From Candidatus Rifleibacteriota bacterium (GTDB lineage Bacteria > Muiribacteriota > Ozemobacteria > Ozemobacterales > Ozemobacteraceae): 17,104 nt of DNA. Under the pieces are notes generated by a model. The model was not told the DNA's origin. It searched no databases and saw only the letters and a program-made list of their open reading frames with translations. The translations under genes were made by a program, and so were the position numbers. Where the stretch lies: the NCBI GenBank assembly GCA_051747585.1, contig JBNJGH010000073.1:1-17104 (forward strand). The letters are read 5' to 3'. The stretch's first letter is position 1. Every line of letters begins with the position of its first letter. This document shows, in pieces, positions 8,925-16,924 of this stretch.

Positions 8925-11798
8925 TTGAAGCAAGATATAAGGGTTGTTTTTCCCCTGTTATTCAAATTCATGCTCATTCTCTGCTTCTTTATATTCCCTC
9001 TTCTTCTGCTCTCATCGTCGGTTCAAAGCTATTTTAAAATTCAAACTGAAAATCGCAAAGAACAACTCACCCGCAAGGCAGAAAAAAAACTCGCTATTCT
9101 GCAACAGCTATCCGATGGCCCCAGGTATTTTCATCATGTATTTAGCAAATTATTCAAGAAAAATCACTCAGGATCTAAACTGAGAAAGAATCTGGCAAAA
9201 AAGATCAAGTTCTTAAAGTCACGCTTCCCCAATTCATTGAAATTTATCATCTGGGATAAAAGTGGCAACCTGGTCAAAAGCATCAGCGACGAGAAAAGCT
9301 ATGTTTTTTTTCTTAACAAACTCAATGATTTTTTAAAAAGAATTCAGAAATTGACTATAAAAAGTTATCCGCGATTTCCTTCATTAACACAAGAGTTAAA
9401 AAAAGAAAAACGTAACTTTAAAAAATTTCTGGGCCCTTTCATTCCGACCGCTAAAATTGCAGAGTCCTTTATTCCGGGCAAAAAAGGCAGATGTTTCCAA
9501 ATGCAACCTCAGGGCGACAAATCTTATGGCTGGTATAGAGCTCACAAGAACTATTCTATTCTTATTTATATAAGCCATGAGGCAATAAATTCCCTGAAAA
9601 GTTGTAAAACTATATGCCAAAAGTATTTCCGTAAGAAAAATCAAAGCAAAATACTCATGTTCAACAAAAGAACCGGTGAAAGCTTCCCTGAAACTCATGG
9701 GCATTTAAAAAGAAAAATTAAAATTAATCTTGAAAAAAAAGCCAATCTCAGTAGCTTCCAAAAGCTTGAATCAGAAAATTATTTTTATTGCTTTCAAAAT
9801 TTAAAAAAAGGATGGTGGGCAGTTGCGCTGATAAACAAAGCTGAAATTTACAGCGACAAAAATCCGTTGGTCAGCTTTATCTTACAAATTATTATCACAA
9901 TTTGTATCTTCAGCTTTATCGGCTACTGTTTCTTATTAGTTCACAACAATCCCTTAAACTCGATAAGTGCCAGATTAATAGTCATTTTCACCTATACAGT
10001 TGCTATTCCGGTTATGATTTTTGCCACAACCGGCTTTGACTACGTTTCTGAAATGACGTCAAAAATTGAATCAGACACCAGCGCTCAATTGTTAAGCTTT
10101 TTAAATAAATTAGACACCAGATTTACTTCATTTTCTGAAATAAAAGCCAGAAAATTAACAAAAATATTTAATACCTACTTCAAAACCCATCCACCAGAAA
10201 AGCTTACAAAAATTGATTCTTTTAAATTTGCAGATATGCTCAAGCAGGAATTTAAACCAGACATACTGATGTTTTTTGACCAAACCGGTCAGGACAAACT
10301 TGAACAAAAATATTCACGTCACATGATTGACAATACCTTTTCCAGAACCATGGCTAAAACAGTATTAAATTACTTTAACAACATAGATCCAACCAGAATT
10401 ATTCCCGTAAGTATTATAGTTAAACCATCTTTAAATTCTTTCACCTTCTTTAATCGCAAAATCAATCATTTAAACCTTGGCAAGCAACCATTCTATTTTT
10501 ATTCCTATATGGCCAAGGCGAGTGATTCGCCTGATTTCAATCTTTTTTTGCAGATATTCTGGGATATTAAAACCATTCACAATCTTTATTTTGAAGAACT
10601 TAAAAAAGATTTTAAACAGAATGCTCATTTAAAGCCAATTCTTTATTTTCCTGAAACCAAAGCCACTCTACACCCAGACCATGACTGGCCCGAGCTAAAT
10701 AACTTCCTTAGAAAAGTCGAGATACATGGTTCTCAGTTAGAAGAGTTAAAAACACCAGACAGCAGTAAGGTTATTGCCGCCGGCTTTCGCGGCAGCCGAC
10801 TGAAGAACACTGTAGTCGCTGCTACAATCTCTTATGATTCTATTTATAAAAGAATTCAGAATTTAAAAATAAAATTAATAATTCTTCTTATCATGACAGT
10901 TCTTTTTTCTTTAAGTCTATATCTACTTTTGAGTAACCAGATTCTTGTTCCGGTAAATCAACTCATTAAAGGAGTTGAATTCGTTAGAACGAAATCCTAT
11001 CAAAAAAGAGTTGATTTCACTGCCAGCAATGAATTTGGCAGCCTGGCAAATTCGATAAATCACACCCTCGAAAACCTTCAAGAGTTCGAAATAGCAAGAA
11101 TTGTACAGGAATCACTATTGCCTTCGGCCTCAATAAGTAACGAACATTACGAGATTGAAGGGCGAACCGACCCTATGAGTAAACTTGGTGGAGACTATTT
11201 TGATTTTTTTATAAATCAAAACCGGGAAACTTTGCTCTTACTGGGTGATGTCGCAGGCCACGGCGTTCAGGCAGCTCTTATGATGGCGATGGCCAAGTCA
11301 GTTTTTATGCTTGAACAAAACCAGGCCATGGCCCATCTGAAAATTATGGATAGCCTTAACAATACTTTTCTTAAACTACGAAAATCTTCGATAAAAACAA
11401 TGATGACAGGACAAGTTCTACTACTGAATAACGATAGGAACTCTTATTTCATAAATGCAGGCCATACTTCTCCACTTCTTATTACAGAAGATTCAATACA
11501 AACTATTGAATCTCCCTCCTACCCTTTGGGTTTTTCAAAAAACCGCCAATTTAAACCCATTCCTTTCCAACTGAATGCAAACAACATAATGCTTTTATAT
11601 ACAGATGGAATAATTGAAAGTTTAAACGCAAAAGGTGAAATACTTGGAAACGAAGGCTTTTTTGAGTTAGTAAAAAAAGCCAGAAGTAAAAACCTCAAAG
11701 AATTCCAGGCCAATCTTTTTTCGCTCTATAATGAATGGACCCAAATACAAAATGATGATCTTACCTTTGTATTGATAAAAAGGAAAAAAAATGTCTGA
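8925..11798 (+). CDS. Membrane-bound sensor Ser/Thr phosphatase: 4 TM, two extracytoplasmic domains, HAMP, SpoIIE/RsbU (PPM/PP2C) domain - copy 1
   Basis: TTG start with GAGGT RBS (8911-8915); HAMP 'ILVPVNQLIKGV...NEFGSLANSIN'; PPM motifs 'VQESLLP', 'GGDYFD', 'GDVAGHGVQAAL', 'NAGH', 'YTDGIIE', 'NDDLT'. Confidence 0.92.
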   Translation: MKQDIRVVFPLLFKFMLILCFFIFPLLLLSSSVQSYFKIQTENRKEQLTRKAEKKLAILQQLSDGPRYFHHVFSKLFKKNHSGSKLRKNLAKKIKFLKSRFPNSLKFIIWDKSGNLVKSISDEKSYVFFLNKLNDFLKRIQKLTIKSYPRFPSLTQELKKEKRNFKKFLGPFIPTAKIAESFIPGKKGRCFQMQPQGDKSYGWYRAHKNYSILIYISHEAINSLKSCKTICQKYFRKKNQSKILMFNKRTGESFPETHGHLKRKIKINLEKKANLSSFQKLESENYFYCFQNLKKGWWAVALINKAEIYSDKNPLVSFILQIIITICIFSFIGYCFLLVHNNPLNSISARLIVIFTYTVAIPVMIFATTGFDYVSEMTSKIESDTSAQLLSFLNKLDTRFTSFSEIKARKLTKIFNTYFKTHPPEKLTKIDSFKFADMLKQEFKPDILMFFDQTGQDKLEQKYSRHMIDNTFSRTMAKTVLNYFNNIDPTRIIPVSIIVKPSLNSFTFFNRKINHLNLGKQPFYFYSYMAKASDSPDFNLFLQIFWDIKTIHNLYFEELKKDFKQNAHLKPILYFPETKATLHPDHDWPELNNFLRKVEIHGSQLEELKTPDSSKVIAAGFRGSRLKNTVVAATISYDSIYKRIQNLKIKLIILLIMTVLFSLSLYLLLSNQILVPVNQLIKGVEFVRTKSYQKRVDFTASNEFGSLANSINHTLENLQEFEIARIVQESLLPSASISNEHYEIEGRTDPMSKLGGDYFDFFINQNRETLLLLGDVAGHGVQAALMMAMAKSVFMLEQNQAMAHLKIMDSLNNTFLKLRKSSIKTMMTGQVLLLNNDRNSYFINAGHTSPLLITEDSIQTIESPSYPLGFSKNRQFKPIPFQLNANNIMLLYTDGIIESLNAKGEILGNEGFFELVKKARSKNLKEFQANLFSLYNEWTQIQNDDLTFVLIKRKKNV

Positions 11799-14688
11799 TC
11801 ATAAAATAAAGTTAGTTTTTGCTCTATTTTTTATCTGCTTTATTATGCCGGTATTTATTTTCTATTCAGGCCATTCATATTTCCAATATCTACAATTTGA
11901 ATTCAAGAAAAGCAACCTTTTAATGCTTGCCGGAACAATCAGCGGCAAAATAACCGCTTTTACAGATAACCGCAAATTTTGGTGCCACCAGATGAATGCA
12001 ATTTTTGAACGCTCCTCGACCAAAGAAGAAATGGCAAAAAATATTTTTGGAAAATTAAAACAAAACAAACAGAAAGCTGACTGGATAATCTGGGGGCCCG
12101 ACTGGAAATCGATTAAAAGCAGCAATTTTTCCAAAGTTGCAGGCCTGAATCTTGATTACACCGGCAAAACATTTAGAAAAGCTGTTACATCTAAAGGTAG
12201 ACGCATTAATTACAGCGAAAAAATTTTTTTAAGAAAGCTTCTGGGACCTCATATCTTTTTCGCAAATATGGTCAAGCCCATGAGAAAAAACGAACCAAGG
12301 TTGCTTGAAACCAATTTCAAACACAAAGCAGGATTGCTCTGGAACAATTATAGCAATCATTTTACAGCATTTGCCCTGTTCCCACCCAGTATAGAACAAA
12401 AAGAACAAGGACTGACTATTTTTATCAAGCAGTTCAAGAAGCAAAATCCCAAAAGAGAAATTTTTATTCTAAAAGATGGCAATGTTTATAGCAGCAACAA
12501 TAAAACTGATAAAAAAAAGCTTCATTATTTAAAAAAAAGAATCAGCAAATCAGAAAAAAACATTATTGGACATAAGAATAAACTTTTTTACGGCGAGCAA
12601 CTTCCCGACAACTCTTTTTTCTTTATTGCTGATGATGCAAAAGCAAATACAAACTCAGCCAACAAACCGGTTTTACTTTTTACGCTTATCTGGGCTTTTT
12701 TTAATCTATTGTTTTTTCAGAGCTTTTCAATGTTAAGCGCAACCGGCAATCTTAAAGTCAAACGGGCCATTTACGGCTTTATTGGACTTTCCAACATTCT
12801 TCCTCTGATTATACTAGCCATTTTTGCAAGTCAGTATATGAATCAAAAATACCTCGTAATGATAGACAATAAAAAGATTCAGGCAATTGATTTTCTTCAT
12901 GGAATAGAACAAGAGTTCTTAAACCTTAAAAAGAATTTTCCGTACCGGGCAAAGCAGGTTATAGACAAAAATATGTCCCGGCTCAATAAACTTCCGATTA
13001 ATTTGCATGATGCCCGCATTTTAAAAAATGATTTCGATAAATACGGTCTCAGCTTCAATATTGTAGCCAGTCAAGCATTAACCTTGATTACAAGAGAAGC
13101 TGTAGTAAATGAGGGTAAAATGAAACTCATTAAAACCGGTCAAACAAGTAACAGCCTAACTAAGCTGGTTGATGTAACCGGCAAACTTGGCAACTGTTAT
13201 CTGGCCTTTTTAAATAAATCCAAAATCTCAACGAACTACCTGACAGAACTTGAGCTTCTTGCCGATATGGTTTTTCAAAAATCCATCGAAGAAACTCTTC
13301 ATTACTTTGTCGAATTAAGCGACAAAATCGCCATTTTTGGTTTTGGCACAGAAGCAATTCCATCATTTGCTCAACTGATAAAAGGAGAGAGTTCGGGTCT
13401 TTACAACTATTTTTGTATATTTCAGTTTGATACAAATGAAAATGCAACTCAGTTTCTTGAATCAATAAAAACCAGCCGACTTGCAAATCATTTCGGTTTA
13501 AAGATAATTTTTAAATCGGAAAAATATCTTGATACATCTCATATTTATCCATTTAAAAAACAGGACAAATTGAAAGAGCTCTTTAACAAACTAAAAATAT
13601 ATCCGCCGGCTAAAGCCGGACAAGTTGTTCTGGATGAAAAAGAGTGGCTTTTTACCGGCTACAAAAGCTCTATAATGAAATCAATAGAACTTGCTGCTTT
13701 TTATCCGGTCACAGAAATTCAAAGAAAGCTCGACAAAGAAAAAAACGATTTAATCACATTGCTTGTAGCCAACCTTTTCATAATACTTATCATAGCTTAC
13801 TTTTTTTCAAAAACATTGTTTGCTCCTATTCAGCATTTAGAAAAAGGTACCCAGGCCATTAACACCCGACATTTTTCTTACAGGCTTCCAGATATGGGGC
13901 AAGATGAGTTCGGTAAGATGGCAGACATATTTAACAATGCAATATCAGACCTCGAAGAATTGAGTGTGGCCGGAGTAGTTCAACAAAGCCTGTTTCCTGA
14001 GGGTAAAATAGCTACAGGGAATTTTAACCTTCATGGAAAATCTGAAGCCCTGACTGATCTTGGCGGCGACTACCTGGATTATTTCGATATAGATGATGAA
14101 AACTTTGGCGTAATACTTGGTGATGTCGCAGGTCACGGAGTTGGTGCCGCTCTTATAATGGCAATGGCAAAATCTACAACAATTAACTCTGTCGACTATT
14201 ACAAGAAACCCGTCGAATTTACCAGTCGCTTGCATCAATTAATCTACAACAGTAAAACCAGAAAACAGAAAAAAATCATGACCTTTCAGTATCTTCTGGT
14301 CAATAAAAGGTCTAACAGTCTGACTTTCTGCAATGCCGGTGGCTGTAATCCATTTATAGTTAATGGCGCCCAAAACAAGGTCGAAGAAATAAAACTACCA
14401 GCCCCCGCACTCGGAGCTTTTAAGAAAGCAAAATACAAAGACCTGCAAATAGCATTTGCGCCAGGTGACACGATGGTTCTTTATACAGATGGAATAGTCG
14501 AAGCCAGAAATAAAAATGGCGAAGAAATTGGCTATGAACTTTTCAAAGAAATTCTGTTAAGAAATTATACGACTGATCCTGAGCAATATTACCAGAATGT
14601 GCTTAAGGAATATCATAGCTGGCTTGGTGAAGCTGACGCAGAAGACGACCTGACAATGGTATTTCTAAACATGAAAGCAGAAGCTTAG
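11791..14688 (+). CDS. Membrane-bound sensor Ser/Thr phosphatase: 4 TM, two extracytoplasmic domains, HAMP, SpoIIE/RsbU (PPM/PP2C) domain - copy 2
   Basis: 8-nt overlap with copy 1; HAMP 'LFAPIQHLEKGT...DEFGKMADIFN'; PPM motifs 'VQQSLFP', 'GGDYLD', 'GDVAGHGVGAAL', 'NAGG', 'YTDGIVE', 'EDDLT'. Confidence 0.92.
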   Translation: MSDHKIKLVFALFFICFIMPVFIFYSGHSYFQYLQFEFKKSNLLMLAGTISGKITAFTDNRKFWCHQMNAIFERSSTKEEMAKNIFGKLKQNKQKADWIIWGPDWKSIKSSNFSKVAGLNLDYTGKTFRKAVTSKGRRINYSEKIFLRKLLGPHIFFANMVKPMRKNEPRLLETNFKHKAGLLWNNYSNHFTAFALFPPSIEQKEQGLTIFIKQFKKQNPKREIFILKDGNVYSSNNKTDKKKLHYLKKRISKSEKNIIGHKNKLFYGEQLPDNSFFFIADDAKANTNSANKPVLLFTLIWAFFNLLFFQSFSMLSATGNLKVKRAIYGFIGLSNILPLIILAIFASQYMNQKYLVMIDNKKIQAIDFLHGIEQEFLNLKKNFPYRAKQVIDKNMSRLNKLPINLHDARILKNDFDKYGLSFNIVASQALTLITREAVVNEGKMKLIKTGQTSNSLTKLVDVTGKLGNCYLAFLNKSKISTNYLTELELLADMVFQKSIEETLHYFVELSDKIAIFGFGTEAIPSFAQLIKGESSGLYNYFCIFQFDTNENATQFLESIKTSRLANHFGLKIIFKSEKYLDTSHIYPFKKQDKLKELFNKLKIYPPAKAGQVVLDEKEWLFTGYKSSIMKSIELAAFYPVTEIQRKLDKEKNDLITLLVANLFIILIIAYFFSKTLFAPIQHLEKGTQAINTRHFSYRLPDMGQDEFGKMADIFNNAISDLEELSVAGVVQQSLFPEGKIATGNFNLHGKSEALTDLGGDYLDYFDIDDENFGVILGDVAGHGVGAALIMAMAKSTTINSVDYYKKPVEFTSRLHQLIYNSKTRKQKKIMTFQYLLVNKRSNSLTFCNAGGCNPFIVNGAQNKVEEIKLPAPALGAFKKAKYKDLQIAFAPGDTMVLYTDGIVEARNKNGEEIGYELFKEILLRNYTTDPEQYYQNVLKEYHSWLGEADAEDDLTMVFLNMKAEA

Positions 14689-15269
14689 CGCGATAAAGTC
14701 AATGCTAGAATAAAAATTAGAACACCTATAGAAACGATAAGAAGCATCGGCACAGCCAGGCTCCATTTTTTTTCGATTACCGGCAACCCCTGAGCCTTTA
14801 ATTTTTTTACAAAACCTTCCAGGTCTACTGAAAGCCAGTTTATTTTGATCTGCTTCTGACCGGAATGAAAAACTATCGAAGTTTTGGAATTGTATTTTCC
14901 CTGCTGAATAAATACCTCAATACGGTTAATCATATTCAAGCGCAATGTCTCGGCTTTACCATCATTTACACATGGTGGAAATTCTATCGAATCTTCTTTT
15001 AACACGATATCTCCAATTTCAGGATACCTGCGATTTAAAAGCCAGATTCGCATCGCCATATAAGCTACAAAACCAAAGAAAGCAAACCAGCCCTCGGCAA
15101 GAATGGTATTGCTGAACCTTATTTGAAGAGCTATGAACAATAGAATTACAAGGGCACATTTAAAAGTATCCGACCAGGGCAAGGGCAGCCCCAGTTTACC
15201 CAATTCGATTATTTCCTGCTGTGGCGGTTTTTCTATCTTCTCTTCGTTCTCAATCGCTTCATTATCCAT
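14685..15269 (-). CDS. Hypothetical membrane protein (2 TM + small beta-rich, possibly bacterial PH-like, domain + C-terminal TM), 194 aa
   Basis: Start reassigned from 15359 to the ATG at 15269 (MDNEAIE...), because the 30-codon extension runs through a terminator and a -10 box. Hydrophobic segments 'ALVILLFIAL', 'WFAFFGFVAYMAM', 'LAVPMLLIVSIGVLIFILAL'. Confidence 0.7.
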   Translation of the reverse strand: MDNEAIENEEKIEKPPQQEIIELGKLGLPLPWSDTFKCALVILLFIALQIRFSNTILAEGWFAFFGFVAYMAMRIWLLNRRYPEIGDIVLKEDSIEFPPCVNDGKAETLRLNMINRIEVFIQQGKYNSKTSIVFHSGQKQIKINWLSVDLEGFVKKLKAQGLPVIEKKWSLAVPMLLIVSIGVLIFILALTLSR

Positions 15270-15276
15270 ATAAAAA

Positions 15277-15285
15277 ATTATAGCA
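15277..15285 (-). promoter_or_regulatory. Extended -10 promoter (TGCTATAAT) for a probable leaderless transcript
   Basis: Minus strand reads ...gattgTGCTATAATtttttatATG; exactly 7 nt separate TATAAT from the ATG at 15269, with no SD in between. Confidence 0.7.
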
Positions 15286-15301
15286 CAATCAAAATTCTGG
15301 C

Positions 15302-15330
15302 AAAAAAAAAATCCGGGAGCGTATCCCGGA
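15302..15330 (-). terminator. Rho-independent terminator on the minus strand
   Basis: Minus strand TCCGGGA-TACGC-TCCCGGA (7-bp GC-rich stem, 15330-15312) followed directly by 10 T (15311-15302). Confidence 0.85.
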
Positions 15331-15441
15331 CTGAAAAATAAGGAGGCAAACAAATCCATAATGATTTTCGAACCAAAGTGCGGTTTTGTTTAGCTTTAAA
15401 TTCAGGGAATAAAACAACTTAAACAAACATTAAGATAATCT
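15302..15441 (-). ncRNA. Candidate ~140-nt small RNA with anti-SD motif (CCUCCUUA) ahead of its terminator
   Basis: Orphan terminator with no minus-strand gene ending at it; candidate -10 TATAGT (15453-15448); 8-bp inverted repeat 15385-15392/15420-15427; the 5' end is inferred. Confidence 0.45.
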
Positions 15442-15546
15442 GCCGGTACTATAAAAATCTTTAAAGGCCATAAAACCACAAAAAATTTCTTTAATTTTTT
15501 TTCCTTCATGAGATACTAAAAGAAATGCTGTTAAATGGAGACCTCT

Positions 15547-16920
15547 ATGTCTACTCAAGAATTAAGCCCGATCAAAACACTAAAACTTTTAATAAATGAA
15601 GCCCTGAGAGATAATCAAATCGACGAAGAAGATAAAAATAAAATTGTATCACTTGCCGGTCGTATTGGTTTGAGTAAAACTGATATTGAAAAACAATATA
15701 AGGCAACACTTTCAGAACATTCTAACAAGAATGCAGAAACCGGTAATTTCGATGCCCGGGCGTTGTTTTTGAGCGCATGCAAAGTTGCTCTTGCTGATGG
15801 AGTCCTGACCAGAGAAGAAGAACAACTCCTTTTTTCCCTTAAAGAAGTATTAAAGATCGAAGATGAATGGTACAGAAAGCAGATGCAACAGATTTCACAA
15901 AAAGAAGCAAGTTTCTCAGAAAGATCAGATGAAGAAATCTTAAATGCAGGCGAACTGAATAACCTTGACCCGGCACCTCTGATCGAAAACATTCTTAATA
16001 ATATCGAAAAAGTTATTATAGGAAAGACCGAAACAATTCAATTGATTATTACAGCTGCACTCGCCAATTCCCATGTGCTTCTTGAAGATGTTCCCGGAAC
16101 GGGTAAAACCATGCTTTCACGGGCTCTGGCAGCATCGATCGACTGCACTTTCAAACGCATGCAGTTCACTCCTGATCTTCTGCCAATGGATGTCACCGGG
16201 ACAATGGTATACAATCCCAAAAATGCAGAGTTTTCTTTTAAACGTGGTCCGATTTTTACCAATATATTCCTTGCCGATGAAATAAATAGAGCAACCCCCA
16301 GGACCCAGTCAAGCCTGCTGGAAGTAATGGAAGAAAGACAGGTAAGTGTCGATGGTGCAGCCTTTCCGGTTCCGGGCGTTTTCTTCGTAATGGCAACCCA
16401 AAACCCTGTCGAACAACATGGCACTTATCCTCTGCCCGAGGCACAGCTGGACCGATTTCTCTTCAAGTTAAACCTGGGTTACCCCGAATCCAGATTTGAG
16501 CGACAAATGCTCGATAACCATCTGCATGCAAACCCGATAGAAAATATCGAACCTGTAGTAAATAGAAATCAATTCAGAACTATACAACTCTATATAAAAC
16601 AAAAAGTTAAAATTTCGGGTGAAATTCTTGATTATATTTTAGAACTTACTCAAGCCCTTCGAAAACACCCCCAACTGGTGCTGGCCCCCAGCCCAAGAGC
16701 CTCGCTGGCTTTGATGAACGCTGCAAGGTCCTACGCTTGTGTGAAAGGGCGCAACTATGTAACTCCCGACGACATTAAAGACCTGGCCGTATCGGTTTTT
16801 GCTCACAGGCTTATGCTACAACCAAAAGCAATCATCAAAAATATTTCTCCGGCGGAAATAGTTAAAGAAGTTTTGAATAAGGTAAAAGTCCCGGTAAATC
16901 ATAACAGCGGAAAAAATTAA
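15547..16920 (+). CDS. moxR: MoxR-family AAA+ ATPase (MoxR proper type) with N-terminal TerB-like domain
   Basis: Walker A 'LLEDVPGTGKT', 'RMQFTPDLLPMDVTG', Walker B 'FLADEINRATPRTQSSLLEVMEE', 'ATQNPVEQHGTYPLPEAQLDRF', sensor 'SPRA', 'AHR'. N-terminal 'ALADGVLTREEEQLL' is TerB-like. GGAG (15537-15540) favours the ATG at 15547 over 15535. Confidence 0.93.
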   Translation: MSTQELSPIKTLKLLINEALRDNQIDEEDKNKIVSLAGRIGLSKTDIEKQYKATLSEHSNKNAETGNFDARALFLSACKVALADGVLTREEEQLLFSLKEVLKIEDEWYRKQMQQISQKEASFSERSDEEILNAGELNNLDPAPLIENILNNIEKVIIGKTETIQLIITAALANSHVLLEDVPGTGKTMLSRALAASIDCTFKRMQFTPDLLPMDVTGTMVYNPKNAEFSFKRGPIFTNIFLADEINRATPRTQSSLLEVMEERQVSVDGAAFPVPGVFFVMATQNPVEQHGTYPLPEAQLDRFLFKLNLGYPESRFERQMLDNHLHANPIENIEPVVNRNQFRTIQLYIKQKVKISGEILDYILELTQALRKHPQLVLAPSPRASLALMNAARSYACVKGRNYVTPDDIKDLAVSVFAHRLMLQPKAIIKNISPAEIVKEVLNKVKVPVNHNSGKN

Positions 16921-16924
16921 TATA

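Noticed and set aside
11244..14496. Near-identical DNA stretches in the two phosphatase genes (ggtgatgtcgcagg at 11244/14119; tatacagatggaata at 11598/14482)
   Set aside because: They encode the conserved GDVAG and YTDGI motifs; explained by paralogy, not by a repeat element.
15270..15359. 30-codon N-terminal extension of the minus-strand membrane protein
   Set aside because: It translates the terminator hairpin, U-tract and -10 box; the ATG at 15269 is better supported.
15339..15393. Plus-strand mini-ORF MIFEPKCGFV (15361-15393) behind a perfect TAAGGAGG
   Set aside because: SD-to-ATG spacing of 14 nt is too long and the adjacent terminator is oriented for the minus strand; not fully excluded without ribosome profiling.
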